Assembly: GCA_965204915.1 (NCBI GenBank)
Contig: OZ242023.1
Location: 1,138,840 to 1,202,839 of the forward strand
Reading direction: 5' to 3'
Length of the DNA: 64,000 nucleotides
Origin: Gammaproteobacteria bacterium
GTDB taxonomy: Bacteria > Pseudomonadota > Gammaproteobacteria > HK1
The position numbers and the translations under genes were made by a program. The notes below the pieces were generated by a model. It was not told where the DNA came from and made no database searches. It was given only the letters and a program-made list of their open reading frames with translations. Positions 1-10,225 of this stretch are shown here, in pieces; position 1 is the first letter of the stretch, and each line of letters starts with the position of its first letter.

Positions 1-2
1 GA

Positions 3-365
3 CGCGCCGTGGTCCTGACCTCGGATCACGGCCATGTCCTGGAGGCTGGCGGCGTCAAGCTGCCCGGCGACGGCGAAGGCCGGTGGAGGAGCGCCGCCGC
101 ATCGGCGACGGCGCGGGAGATCGAGATCGGAGGCGCCCGCGTGCGGGCCGCGACGGGCCTGGAGCGCATCGTTCTGCCCTGGAGCGAGACCGTGCGTTAC
201 GGCTCGAAGAGGAACGGCTACCACGGTGGGGTGTCCTTGCAGGAGGCGGTGGCGCCGGTGGGCGTGTACGTCGGGCCGGGCGAGACGCTCGCCGGCTGGG
301 AGCCTGCTCCGGCGTCGTATCCTCCGTGGTGGTTCGCCGAGGAGCCGTCCCGGGCCGCGTCTTGA
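3..365 (+). CDS. pglZ: PglZ-domain (BREX/Pgl alkaline-phosphatase-like) protein, 3' end only; resembles BREX-2 PglZ
   Basis: LTSDHGHVLE metal-binding motif followed by RWR, RY..KRNGYHGGVSLQEAVAP and the PxWW end block; open at the window edge. Confidence 0.75.
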   Translation, partial: RAVVLTSDHGHVLEAGGVKLPGDGEGRWRSAAASATAREIEIGGARVRAATGLERIVLPWSETVRYGSKRNGYHGGVSLQEAVAPVGVYVGPGETLAGWEPAPASYPPWWFAEEPSRAAS

Positions 366-581
366 CGAATGTGGACGTGCCTGCTTGCATAGGGCGGCCT
401 TTCGCGCCGGATCGCCGACGCGGACCGAGCCCCTGCCGGCGCGGGTGCAATGGCCGGGTGCCGGTGCAATGATTACGGGTCCGGGCGTCACGCCGGACCG
501 CCCACGGAGGCGCAGCCTCCCGACCCACGGCACAATCCCGGCGACCCGTTACGCGACCACCCACCATGGAGGAAGCAATCG

Positions 582-1649
582 ATGAAGAAAATGCTCACAT
601 TCGCAGCCGGCCTCGCGCTGGCGCTCGCCACCGTCGCCGCATCCGGCGCGGACAAGCTGAAGGTCGGCTTCATCTACGTCGGACCCATCGGCGACCACGG
701 CTGGACCTACGAGCACAACGAAGGCCGGCTCGCGATCGAGGAGGCGCTCGGCGACCGGGTCGAGACCGTCTACGTCGAGAACGTCTCGGAAGGGCCGGAC
801 GCAGAGCGCGCCATCACCCGTCTCGCGCGGGACGGCGCGGGCCTCATCTTCACGACCTCGTTCGGCTTCATGGACCCGACCATCAAGGTCGCCAAGCGCT
901 TCCCGGACGTGAAGTTCGAGCACGCCACCGGCTACAAGCGCGCCGACAACGTCTCGACCTACTCCGCGCGCTTCTACGAGGGGCGCTACGTCATCGGCCA
1001 GATCGCGGCCCGGATGTCGAAGAGCGGGGTCGCGGGCTACATCGCCTCGTTCCCGATCCCGGAGGTGGTGCGCGGCATCAACGCCTTCATGCTGGGCGCG
1101 CAGTCCATCAACCCGGACTTCAAGGTGAAGATCGTGTGGGTGAACTCGTGGTTCGATCCCGGCAAGGAGGCGGACGCGGCCAAGGTGCTGATCGGCCAGG
1201 GCGCCGACATCGTCTCGCAGCACACCGACTCCACCGCTCCGTTGCAGATCGCGGCCGAACAGGGCGTGCTCGGCTTCGGCCAGGCCTCGGACATGATCGC
1301 GTTCGCGCCGAAGAACCAGCTCACCGCGATCATCGACAACTGGGCTCCGTACTACGTCGCGCGCGCCAGGGCGGTGCTCGACGGCACCTGGAAGTCCGAG
1401 GACACGTGGGACGGCATGGCCCCGGGCATGGTCGAGATGGCGCCCTACACCAACCTCCCGGACGACGTGGTGGCGATGGCGAAGGAGACCCAGGCGAAGA
1501 TCACGTCGGGCGAGATGCACGTCTTCGCGGGCCCCATCCACAAGCAGGACGGCACCATGGCGGTCGGTGAGGGCGAGCACCTCGACGACGGCACCCTGCT
1601 CGGCATGAACTGGTACGTGAAGGGCGTCGACGACACGCTGCCGCAGTAG
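582..1649 (+). CDS. BMP-family ABC transporter substrate-binding protein (purine/nucleoside type)
   Basis: Signal peptide, KVGFIYVGPIGDHGWTYEH, FTTSFGFMDP, SQHTDS motifs; GGAGG before ATG 582. Confidence 0.92.
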   Translation: MKKMLTFAAGLALALATVAASGADKLKVGFIYVGPIGDHGWTYEHNEGRLAIEEALGDRVETVYVENVSEGPDAERAITRLARDGAGLIFTTSFGFMDPTIKVAKRFPDVKFEHATGYKRADNVSTYSARFYEGRYVIGQIAARMSKSGVAGYIASFPIPEVVRGINAFMLGAQSINPDFKVKIVWVNSWFDPGKEADAAKVLIGQGADIVSQHTDSTAPLQIAAEQGVLGFGQASDMIAFAPKNQLTAIIDNWAPYYVARARAVLDGTWKSEDTWDGMAPGMVEMAPYTNLPDDVVAMAKETQAKITSGEMHVFAGPIHKQDGTMAVGEGEHLDDGTLLGMNWYVKGVDDTLPQ

Positions 1650-1709
1650 AGGGGCGGCGCGGCGCATCATCGGGCAATCGGGCGCCGTCGCCGGCGGCTC
1701 TCCGGCCCT

Positions 1710-1737
1710 GCGCTCTCTCCGGACCAGGAGAGAGCGC
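1710..1737 (+). terminator. Perfect 11-bp stem hairpin downstream of the BMP gene (terminator or RNA-stability element)
   Basis: GCGCTCTCTCC-ggacca-GGAGAGAGCGC; no U-tract, so function uncertain. Confidence 0.4.
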
Positions 1738-1918
1738 GGAGCCTTGGGGAGCTTCCGGCTCCCCGCCATGTGCCCCGGCTCGAACGCGCCCCGAACGGCG
1801 CCTTCCGCGTGCCGGACGGGGATGACGCCGTCCGGGGCTCCCCGCGTACTCCATCCGTGATTCCCCCGGTACGCCCCGAGAGCTTTCGCGCGGCATCGGT
1901 TCGTACCGTTTCGGCCCG

Positions 1919-3112
1919 ATGATCGCGTTCGCCGCCGACTGGCTGAACCTGCTCCTGCGCTGGGCGCATCTGGTGGCGGGCATCGCCTGGATCGGGACCT
2001 CCTTCTACTTCATCGCCCTCGATCTCTCGCTGCGCCGCGCCAGGGACGCGCCCGAGGGAGTGGCCGGCGCCGCCTGGGAGGTGCACGGCGGCGGCTTCTA
2101 CCGGGTGGAGAAGTACGCGGTCGCGCCGCCGTCGCTGCCGGAGCATCTCACGTGGTTCCGGTGGGAGGCGTATCTCACGTGGATGACCGGCTTCGCGCTG
2201 CTCGTGGTGCAGTTCCACCTCGACGCCGAAGCGTGGCTCATCGACCCCGAGGTGATGCCGCTCGACGCCTGGCAGGCCGTCACCGTCTCCGTCGCGAGCC
2301 TCGCCGCCGGCTGGCTCGCCTACGATGCCATCTGCCGTTCGAGGGCCGGCGCGAACGCCGTCGTGCTCGCCTGCGTAGTCTTCGCGCTGGTCGTCTTCGC
2401 GGCCTGGGGCTACACGCGGGTCTTCTCCGCTCGCGCCGCCCTGGTCCACGCCGGCGCACTGATCGGGACGCTCATGGCGTTCAACGTGTTCGCGGTGATC
2501 ATCCCCAACCAGAAGAAGGCGGTGGCGGCGCTGCTCGCGGGCGAGGCGCCGGACCCGCGCCTGGGCGCGGTGGCCAGGCAGCGCTCGGTGCACAACACCT
2601 ACCTCACCCTGCCGGTCCTGCTGCTGATGGTGAGCGGACACTACCCGATGCTCACCGGGCATCCGCACGCCTGGCTGCTGGTCGCGCTGATCATCGTGGG
2701 GGGAGGGTGCGCGCGGCATTTCCTGGTCCACCACGAGGTCGGGACGCCGTTCGCCTCGATCGCGTGGACCCTGCCGGTGACGGCGGTGGCGCTGGCGGTG
2801 GCGGTCTGGCTGACGGCGCCGGCCTCCCGCGATTCGGGCACCGCACAGGCGCCGCCGGTGAGCGACGTCGAAGTGCTGGGAATCGTCGACGCCCACTGCG
2901 CGCAGTGCCATGCGGCGCAGCCGGCCCATCCCGCCTTCGGGACCGCGCCGAAGAACGTCGTGCTCGAAACGGTCGACGATCTGCGCCGCTACGCGGGCCT
3001 CATCGACCTGCATACGGTGCGCACCCGCACCATGCCTCTCGGCAACGAGACCGGCATGACCGATGCGGAGCGCTTGCGCCTGGGCGCTTGGCTCGCCGTG
3101 CAGCCGAGGTAA
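1919..3112 (+). CDS. puuD: Urate hydroxylase PuuD (membrane urate oxidase domain plus C-terminal cytochrome c)
   Basis: WLNLLLRWAHLVAGIAWIGTSFYF, WEVHGGGFY, WFRWEAYLTW, SVHNTYLTLP, and CAQCH heme motif. Confidence 0.92.
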   Translation: MIAFAADWLNLLLRWAHLVAGIAWIGTSFYFIALDLSLRRARDAPEGVAGAAWEVHGGGFYRVEKYAVAPPSLPEHLTWFRWEAYLTWMTGFALLVVQFHLDAEAWLIDPEVMPLDAWQAVTVSVASLAAGWLAYDAICRSRAGANAVVLACVVFALVVFAAWGYTRVFSARAALVHAGALIGTLMAFNVFAVIIPNQKKAVAALLAGEAPDPRLGAVARQRSVHNTYLTLPVLLLMVSGHYPMLTGHPHAWLLVALIIVGGGCARHFLVHHEVGTPFASIAWTLPVTAVALAVAVWLTAPASRDSGTAQAPPVSDVEVLGIVDAHCAQCHAAQPAHPAFGTAPKNVVLETVDDLRRYAGLIDLHTVRTRTMPLGNETGMTDAERLRLGAWLAVQPR

Positions 3113-3317
3113 ACCGGAGCCCCTCCCCGGCTACGTGATCCTGGGACAGGCGCAGGCCGCCGTGGACAGGTCGGGCCATCGCCCGGTTCCGGTGAGGCAC
3201 CTCGATCCGAAGTGACGCCACGCCCGCCGTTGGACGGCCCTGGATGCAACGATGCGGCAAGGCGTTGCGATGCTTCCCACCATCACCACCACGCACCGCC
3301 CGGCGGCCGACCTCGGC

Positions 3318-4046
3318 TCAAGGCGGCGGCACGCCTGACGCCCCGACGGTTCTGGCCGCCTCGCGCCCGGCAATCAGCGATTGGCGCAGCCCCGGGTCTT
3401 CGATGTGGATGCGGTGCTTCTCGATACGCAGCACGCCTTCGCGCTTGAGTCGGCCGAGGGCAGTGGTCACCGTCTGGCGGCTGGTGCCGATCATGTCCGC
3501 GATCTCCTGGTGGGTGAGCGGGATGTCGATGACGAACCGTGCCCCGCGTTGCTTTCCGTAACGCGCACCGAGCCGGATGAGCAGCTTCATCAGGCGGCTG
3601 TGCACGCCGTCGGCGGACAGGTCGTTCAGTATGTCCCCGAGCACCCGCAAGCGCGATGCGAGTACGTCGATCACCAGCATCGCGGTGTCGGGCCGCTCGC
3701 GAAGAAACGCGCGGAAGGCCCGATGGTGGATGACGATGACGTTCGAATTCGTGCACGTCCGCGCACATACGCCGCGCGGCCCGATGCGCGAGACCTCGGC
3801 GACGCCGAAGATCTCCCCGGGGAAGCAGAACCACTGGATGATCTCCCGGCCGGCGACGGAGTGGTGAAAGATCTTCACCCGCCCTTCTTCGAGAAGGTAC
3901 ACGTGCTCGCCGGGGCTGCCGGCGTGGAAGACCTCGGCGCCTTTCGGGATGGATTCCGCGCGGCCGAGCGCCAGTAGCGCGCGCCGATCCGTTCCGGGCA
4001 GACAGGCGATGAAATCGAACGGCGATGCGAACCAGGGGGAGATCAT
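3318..4046 (-). CDS. Crp/Fnr-family transcriptional regulator
   Basis: cNMP-binding fold (PGEIFG) and C-terminal HTH LTHQEIADMIGTSRQTVTTAL. Confidence 0.92.
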   Translation of the reverse strand: MISPWFASPFDFIACLPGTDRRALLALGRAESIPKGAEVFHAGSPGEHVYLLEEGRVKIFHHSVAGREIIQWFCFPGEIFGVAEVSRIGPRGVCARTCTNSNVIVIHHRAFRAFLRERPDTAMLVIDVLASRLRVLGDILNDLSADGVHSRLMKLLIRLGARYGKQRGARFVIDIPLTHQEIADMIGTSRQTVTTALGRLKREGVLRIEKHRIHIEDPGLRQSLIAGREAARTVGASGVPPP

Positions 4047-4210
4047 TCGGCCCCTCCCTCGTCCCGGAGCGCCGAGTATAGCCCGGACGAATTCGAGGCG
4101 ACGTCCGCGCGCGGGACGCGCCGGAACGCGGCCGGCTCAAGGCTTGCTTGGGTGATCGGATGCGCCGGTCATACGGTCCGGCCCGCTCGCGTCGCCGGCA
4201 TCCTCCGCCG

Positions 4211-6595
4211 TCACCGGAAGGTGATGAACATCGCGGAGGTCCACACCTTCGCATCGTCGATCTGGCGGGCCATGAGGTACACGGGACGGAACCCGAAAGG
4301 TGCGTTCTCGGCCTCGATCTCCAGCTCGCCGGAGACGTCCCTGGGCATCGGCCGGTCGCTCAGCCGTTCGGCGCCCACGAAGAGCTCCGCTCCCCCGAGC
4401 GCTTTGTGGATACGCCCGCGAGCAAGCAGATCGGCGCCCGTGAAGTGGAGCTCGAAGGCCGGACAGTGGGCGAAGGGGTTGCCTTCGAGGGGATTGCCGA
4501 CCTTCGCGTAGCCGTCGATGGTCCCCTCGATGCGGAACGCCGCCTTCTCCAGGTCGGAGACGTCCATCTCGATGCAGTCGGTGTCGCCGTAGGTGTCGGA
4601 GCGGAACCCGAGGGTGGTCGCGGACTCGCGCCAGCAGGCTTCCTCCGTATGCTCGAAGCCGCGCCCCTCGAAGTGGTTGACCACGCCGTTGACGACGGTG
4701 ATACGCCCTTTCCACTCGGCCCACCGGTAACGGTCCCTGATGCGGGCGCCCCCCCAGCTCACGCGGATCCGGCGTTCGGAAAAGCCCGCCTCTTTCTGAA
4801 GGTTGCGCCGCCGGATGATCCCGGTGTGGTCCACCGCCACAATCTCGTCGAAGCCGCGGTCCCCGAGAAACCGGTAGCGGATGCGGGCGGGACCGGAATG
4901 CTCGAACTCGTCTCCCTGGAGCTGCCCGGCGCATGAGGCCAGCCCGGCGATGCGCTCCCCGGTGGTGGCGAACGTATGGCGTGCCCGCAGCGCCGCCCCC
5001 ACCGAGGCGCGGTCCAGCGCATCGGCCAGGATCCCGGTCACCCCGCCCCGGGTGCCGAACACCGCGGTGCCGGGTACCCCGCCCCCGCAGCGTCCGCGGT
5101 GCTCGTCGCCGTTCGCCGCGGCGCCCAGCTTGTACCCGCGGCGCATCGCCTCTTCGTAGAGCCACGGAAAATGCCCCCACGCCGATCCGATCTCGACCAG
5201 GCGCTCCAGCACCGGGTGATGCCAGTCGAGGATGCAGCGCCGTCCCCCGACGTGGGGTATGAGCAGGTGGCCTTCCGGGTCGTGGATGTAGGTGGCCCAC
5301 AACTCTTCCAGCGGCCACGCCCCGGGCTCGATGGTGTCCGACGCCATGTCCTCGTTCCATTCGAAGGATCGGCAGACGTTGCCGTGGCGGTCGAAGGGGA
5401 ACTCGGGGTCGCCGTCGCGTAGGAACACCACGTTGTGGTCGCCCCCCGCGCACGAGCTTCCGCACCACTCCGTGCCGGGGTAGCAGACGAACGTCCCGGG
5501 CCGGTTCAGCGCGTGGATCAGGGCCACCGCCTTGTCCCACCGCTCCTTGGTGACGTTGAAGTCGTTGGCGGTGTAGCCGAGCACGTCGAGGCCCGCGACG
5601 TCGCGCCCGTAGGTCAGGTTGTACCGGGTGTCGTTGGTCCCGACGGTGTCGTCGGAGTGCACGTGCAGGTCGCCGAAGTAGTTGCGCGCGTATGCGAACG
5701 CCTCGTCCACCGTCACGTAGAAGGTGCGCGCGCCGACCCGGGGGGCGTCGCGGAGCCGGGCGGTGACCGCGAGCTCCCCGGCCTCGCCGGCCGGCAGGTC
5801 GTCGATCAGCGCCGTCGCCCAGCCCTCGGGCGCCAGCTCGACCGCGCGCTCGTAGACCGGCCTGCCGTCGAGGGCGGCGCTGACGTCCACGATCCCTCCG
5901 GTGTTCCAGCAGGTGTTGCCCCAGGCGTCCTCGGTCCGTACCCGCAGCGGGAACGCCGCGCCGCGCCGGACGATGCGCGAGGCCGCCATCTCGATCGCCT
6001 CGGGCCGGCCCGGGACGACGTCGATGCAGAGATCCGGCGCGACCGCCGCGAAGCGCGAGGTGCCCAGCGGATCGCAGTAGCAGCGGAAGCGGAATCCCTT
6101 CTCGACGAAGGTCTGCACCCGGGTGCCCGGACCGCCGAAGCGCCGGTCGCCCAGGCGGAGGACGATGTGGTCGCCGGGCTTGAGGTAGCCGTCGACGGTG
6201 TCGACGATGATCGCCTTCTGGAACGGCCGCTCGTGCCCTTTCTGGTCGAAGCGGACCTTGAGCGACTGCACCGTGGCCGGGCTCTGGCCGGGTACGCAGG
6301 GGCCGGCCTGGTACTCCGCGGAGACGTAGTTGGCCCCGGCAGGGTCCGCAGTCTGGAACAGCGCCCAGTCGGAGTAGAACTTGAAGGTGGCCTTGAACCA
6401 GGCGCCGTCCGCCATTCCCGCCGCCCCGACCTCGTAGTCGAGGACGATCCCGGTCCATTCGCCGGCGGTCAGGGTGTCCGTGTTGCAGGTGACGCGCCCG
6501 AGGAAGGGCATGTCCTTCGTCTTCCGGTAGAGCCCTTCCGGCGCGAAGTACTCGCCGAGCCGTTCGCGCAGCTCCTCATCCGTCATTCGTTTCAC
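4211..6595 (-). CDS. Large PHP-like metallohydrolase (DUF3604-like), function unknown
   Basis: GDLHVHS, GTEW, LIPHVGG and ANGDEH candidate metal ligands; GTG start with GGAGGT upstream. Confidence 0.6.
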   Translation of the reverse strand: MKRMTDEELRERLGEYFAPEGLYRKTKDMPFLGRVTCNTDTLTAGEWTGIVLDYEVGAAGMADGAWFKATFKFYSDWALFQTADPAGANYVSAEYQAGPCVPGQSPATVQSLKVRFDQKGHERPFQKAIIVDTVDGYLKPGDHIVLRLGDRRFGGPGTRVQTFVEKGFRFRCYCDPLGTSRFAAVAPDLCIDVVPGRPEAIEMAASRIVRRGAAFPLRVRTEDAWGNTCWNTGGIVDVSAALDGRPVYERAVELAPEGWATALIDDLPAGEAGELAVTARLRDAPRVGARTFYVTVDEAFAYARNYFGDLHVHSDDTVGTNDTRYNLTYGRDVAGLDVLGYTANDFNVTKERWDKAVALIHALNRPGTFVCYPGTEWCGSSCAGGDHNVVFLRDGDPEFPFDRHGNVCRSFEWNEDMASDTIEPGAWPLEELWATYIHDPEGHLLIPHVGGRRCILDWHHPVLERLVEIGSAWGHFPWLYEEAMRRGYKLGAAANGDEHRGRCGGGVPGTAVFGTRGGVTGILADALDRASVGAALRARHTFATTGERIAGLASCAGQLQGDEFEHSGPARIRYRFLGDRGFDEIVAVDHTGIIRRRNLQKEAGFSERRIRVSWGGARIRDRYRWAEWKGRITVVNGVVNHFEGRGFEHTEEACWRESATTLGFRSDTYGDTDCIEMDVSDLEKAAFRIEGTIDGYAKVGNPLEGNPFAHCPAFELHFTGADLLARGRIHKALGGAELFVGAERLSDRPMPRDVSGELEIEAENAPFGFRPVYLMARQIDDAKVWTSAMFITFR

Positions 6596-6700
6596 GAAGC
6601 ACCTCCCGGAAACGGTCGAGTGAATTCGATGCCCGCCACGCCTCCGGGTCCGCGGCGCCGGTGTCGCCCGCGGGGTTCGCGAGGCCGGTGACGTGCACGC

Positions 6701-7534
6701 TCAGGCGAGGCGCCAGACCTCGTAGCGCTTCTCGATGGGGCGGAACAGCAGCCGCTCGAACAGGTAGGAGAATCCGCCGATCAGCGCGATGCCGAGCAGG
6801 ACCTGCCGTGCGTTGCCGATCTCGCCCCCGACCTGCACCATCCAGCCGACCCCGGCCGCGGCGCCGATCATCTCCGCCGCGACCAGCGCCCGCCACGCCT
6901 GGGAGAAGCCGATGCGCAGCGCCGCGGTGACGAAGGGCAGGGACGCGGGCAGGTAGACGTAGACCAGGAGCTGCCACCGTTTCGCGCCCAGCACCCGGGC
7001 CGCGCGCACCTCCTGCCCCGTGATCTGCAGGACCCCCTCCATGATGGTGAGGATCATCGGGTTCACGGCCGAGATCAGCACCACGAGGATGATGGTGGTG
7101 TAGCCGATGCCGAAGACGATCAGCATCAACGGCGCCCAGGCGATGGGCGGGATGGCCATGAACAGGCCGTTCAGGGGCACGATGTATTCGCGGAACCCCT
7201 TGTAGAACCCCGCCAGGAAGCCGCATACGAGGGAGATGACGATGGCCAGCCCGAACCCGCCCACGATCTCCAGCAAGCTGCCTTGCAGGTGCGGCCAGAG
7301 GTCCCCCGAGACGATCCACTCGTAGCCTTCCTCGGCCACGTGCCAGACCTGCGGCAGGATGTAGGGCGGAAACTGGGTCGCGGTGACGATCCAGACCAGG
7401 ATCAGGGACGGGATCGAGAACCACGACCACGAGAACTCGAACCGCTTGATCTTCCGGTCGAGCTTGTTCGCCTCCGCGGCCGCCTGGGGGTTGCCGAGGA
7501 CGGGCTTCCGGGCGGTGTCGGTCGTATCGTTCAC
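6701..7534 (-). CDS. ABC transporter permease (SsuC/TauC/NrtB-like)
   Basis: Hydrophobic helices, IPPIAWAP, EAA-like AARVLGA loop, WRALVAAEMIG. Confidence 0.92.
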   Translation of the reverse strand: MNDTTDTARKPVLGNPQAAAEANKLDRKIKRFEFSWSWFSIPSLILVWIVTATQFPPYILPQVWHVAEEGYEWIVSGDLWPHLQGSLLEIVGGFGLAIVISLVCGFLAGFYKGFREYIVPLNGLFMAIPPIAWAPLMLIVFGIGYTTIILVVLISAVNPMILTIMEGVLQITGQEVRAARVLGAKRWQLLVYVYLPASLPFVTAALRIGFSQAWRALVAAEMIGAAAGVGWMVQVGGEIGNARQVLLGIALIGGFSYLFERLLFRPIEKRYEVWRLA

Positions 7535-7586
7535 GGTGCTCCTCCGGGTTCTCTCATTGCCCTCTCCCAGGACGGTCCCGTCCCTG

Positions 7587-8585
7587 CTACCCGCCTGCCG
7601 CCTTGTCCGCGAAGCTGCGGTCGATGAGCTCGCCGGTGGTCAGCCTCTTCTTGATGTAGCCGAGCTCCAGCGACCAGTCCATGAGCCGCTGGATGAAGGC
7701 GACGTCGGCGTCGTTCAGGCTCCACTCCCAGCCGAGCCGGGCGCGCGCCTGCCGCACGACCTCGGTGGCGGGATACACGGTGCCGTCCGGCCCGGTCACC
7801 TCGCCGAGCTTGAACGCCGCGGCAATGACGTCGTTCCCGGCGTCCTCTCCGGAATTCAGGAAGTCGACCGCCTTCCGGTGGGCGCGCAACGCCTTCACGA
7901 TCGCGTCCGGGCGGTTCTCCATCGCCTCCGGCATCGCGGAGATGATGTACCAGGGGTAGCGGGGCACGGCCTCGTTGATGTCGAAGATCACCCGGGTGTT
8001 CCCCCGCAGCAGGAACTGCGAGATGAACGGCTCCCACATGAAGGCGGCGTCCACCACCTTCGATTCGAGGGACGGCCCCATGTTGCCGGAGGGCATGGAG
8101 ATGATCTGCGCGTCCTCGTCGGGGACGAGTCCCGCCGCTTCGCCGAACACGAAGCCGCGCAGCAGCACGTCCATGCCGGACCCCTTGCGCACCCCGGCCA
8201 TCTTGCGGCCCTCGAGGTCGGCCAGAGCCGCGATGCCGGAATCCTTGCGGCTCACCACCGCCGCCTGGCCGTAGTTCACCTTGGCGAGGATCTTCGACTC
8301 CAGCCCCCGCGAGAACCAGTGGTACACCGGCGGGGAGCCGATGTACGCCAGATCGATCTCCCCGGCCACCATCGCCTGCTTCAGCAGCGGCCCGCTGGTG
8401 AACGACAGCAGCTTCGCGTCGAGACCCTGCTCCTCGAAGTAGCCGTTGCTGTCGGCGACCAGCACCGGCGCGTTCGCCATCGCGTACACCCAGCCGATGC
8501 GGACCTCGTCCGCCGCATGGGACGCCGCCCCGGCGGCGGCGAGCCAGCCGGCCGCCAGCGCGGCAAGAGCCTGCTTCGTCTTCAT
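7587..8585 (-). CDS. ABC transporter substrate-binding protein (SsuA/NMT1-like)
   Basis: Signal peptide, GYFEEQGLD, FTSGPLLKQAMVAGEIDLAYIG, DAAFMWEPF. Confidence 0.88.
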   Translation of the reverse strand: MKTKQALAALAAGWLAAAGAASHAADEVRIGWVYAMANAPVLVADSNGYFEEQGLDAKLLSFTSGPLLKQAMVAGEIDLAYIGSPPVYHWFSRGLESKILAKVNYGQAAVVSRKDSGIAALADLEGRKMAGVRKGSGMDVLLRGFVFGEAAGLVPDEDAQIISMPSGNMGPSLESKVVDAAFMWEPFISQFLLRGNTRVIFDINEAVPRYPWYIISAMPEAMENRPDAIVKALRAHRKAVDFLNSGEDAGNDVIAAAFKLGEVTGPDGTVYPATEVVRQARARLGWEWSLNDADVAFIQRLMDWSLELGYIKKRLTTGELIDRSFADKAAGG

Positions 8586-8662
8586 GATGGTGTCTCCTCC
8601 TTTGCTGAACGTCAGCGTCGTGGCCGCATGGCGGCCGTCCCCGGCGGAAGAGCTGCCCGGAG

Positions 8663-9529
8663 CTATCCCGCCGGATCGGATGATGGAGCCGGAGCCTCTT
8701 CCCTTCGTTTCAGGAGGGCGACCTCTTCCTCGCTGGTGGGGCGCGCGGCGGTCACCGCGGCGATGTCGCCGATCAGCTCCTTCTTGTAGCTCCAGAACGT
8801 TTCGCTGGTGCGGGTGGTCGGTCCGTGCCGCGGGCGTGGAAGATCGTTGGCCAGCACCCTGTGGATCCCCCCGGGCGGGCGCGACAGCACCGCGATCCGG
8901 TCCGAGAGGTAGATCGCCTCGTCGATGTCGTGGGTGATGAACAGGACCGTCTGCCCCAGCGAATCCCAGATGTGCAGCAGCTCGTCGTTCATGGTCTCGC
9001 GGGTGATGGCGTCCAGCGCCCCGAACGGCTCGTCCATGAGCAGGAGGGTGGGCTCCATCGCCAGCGCCCGGGCGAGGTTGACGCGCTGCTGCATCCCCCC
9101 GGACAGGCGTACCACCAGATAGTCCTCGAACCCCGCGAGCCCCACGAGATGGAAGTAGTGCAGCGCGCGTTTACGCCGTTCCTTCTCCCCCATGCCACCC
9201 ATCCGCAGTCCGAACTCGACGTTCTCGATCGCCGACAGCCACGGGAAGAGGGTCGGTTGCTGGAACACGTACCCGAGATGGGGGTCCTCGGGCCTGATCG
9301 GTTGCCCCCGCAGCGCGACCTCGCCCTGCTCGGGCTCGTAGAAGCCCGCGAGAAGGTTCAGCAGGGTCGTCTTGCCGCATCCGGAAGGCCCGATCACGGC
9401 CAGGAACTCGCCGGCGGGCACCTCCACCTCCAGCCCCCGGAAGATGGACAGCCTGCCGCCGTAGGAGAACCACAGATCGCTGATCGTCAGCGACTCCCCG
9501 CCGATGCGGTCGGTCGATTCACCGGCCAT
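8663..9529 (-). CDS. ABC transporter ATP-binding protein (SsuB/TauB-like)
   Basis: [35 protein letters not shown]; GGAGG before ATG 9529. Confidence 0.93.
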   Translation of the reverse strand: MAGESTDRIGGESLTISDLWFSYGGRLSIFRGLEVEVPAGEFLAVIGPSGCGKTTLLNLLAGFYEPEQGEVALRGQPIRPEDPHLGYVFQQPTLFPWLSAIENVEFGLRMGGMGEKERRKRALHYFHLVGLAGFEDYLVVRLSGGMQQRVNLARALAMEPTLLLMDEPFGALDAITRETMNDELLHIWDSLGQTVLFITHDIDEAIYLSDRIAVLSRPPGGIHRVLANDLPRPRHGPTTRTSETFWSYKKELIGDIAAVTAARPTSEEEVALLKRREEAPAPSSDPAG

Positions 9530-9622
9530 GGTTCCTCCCCGGCTCGATCCGGATCCGATCGAAGCGGCTGCCGTCTGCGCGGCATCGGTTCCGGCATTAT
9601 GAGCCCGCACCCGGTCGAATGC

Positions 9623-9638
9623 TGTCAGCCACCTGACA
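9623..9638. promoter_or_regulatory. Candidate Crp/Fnr-family operator TGTCA-N6-TGACA
   Basis: TGTCAgccaccTGACA, with palindromic half-sites and CRP-type spacing, ~95 bp upstream of the ABC operon and between divergent genes. Confidence 0.5.
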
Positions 9639-9811
9639 TTCGACATGGACGCCCGCGCCTGGGCAAGCCCGATCGGTGAACGTCGGGGATCCCGATCGGG
9701 ATCCGCGTCCGGGGAGTACATCGCAATGCCCCGGAGGCGTTGCGCTACGATCCGGGTCCGGGCGCACGCGACGGCGAGGCCCCGATCGTACGCACCACAG
9801 GAGGTGACGAC

Positions 9812-10225
9812 ATGACCGTGAACGCCAAGATCTCGGTCCTCGATCTGGTCGAGGAGGCGCGCAAGGCGATCGATACCGTGCCGGTGGCGGAAGCGGTCGC
9901 GATGCACGGGGATCCGGAGGTGGTCTTCGTGGACTTGCGCGACGTGCGCGAGCTGGAGCGCGAGGGCCGGATCCCGGGGGCCTTCCACATGCCGCGCGGG
10001 ATGGTGGAGTTCTGGGTCGATCCGGAGAGCCCGTATTACAAATCCGAGGTCTTCGAACAGGACAAGCGGTTCGCGTTCTACTGCAACCGGGACTGGCGCT
10101 CGGCGCTCGCGACCGAGGTGGCGCAGCGGATCGGGCTCGAACGGGTATGCCACGTCGAGGGCGGGTACACCGCCTGGAAGGAGGCGGGCGGCCCGACCGA
10201 GGTGTACGAGCGCAGGCGGAAATGA
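9812..10225 (+). CDS. Rhodanese-like domain protein
   Basis: VFVDLRDVRE, GRIPGA, PRGMVEFWVDP, FYC active-site loop, VEGGYTAW; GGAGG RBS. Confidence 0.9.
   Translation: MTVNAKISVLDLVEEARKAIDTVPVAEAVAMHGDPEVVFVDLRDVRELEREGRIPGAFHMPRGMVEFWVDPESPYYKSEVFEQDKRFAFYCNRDWRSALATEVAQRIGLERVCHVEGGYTAWKEAGGPTEVYERRRK

Noticed and set aside
366-581. Purine or other riboswitch upstream of the BMP gene
   Set aside because: Only a short hairpin (GGAGGCGCAGCCTCC); no aptamer consensus recognised; an Rfam scan would settle it
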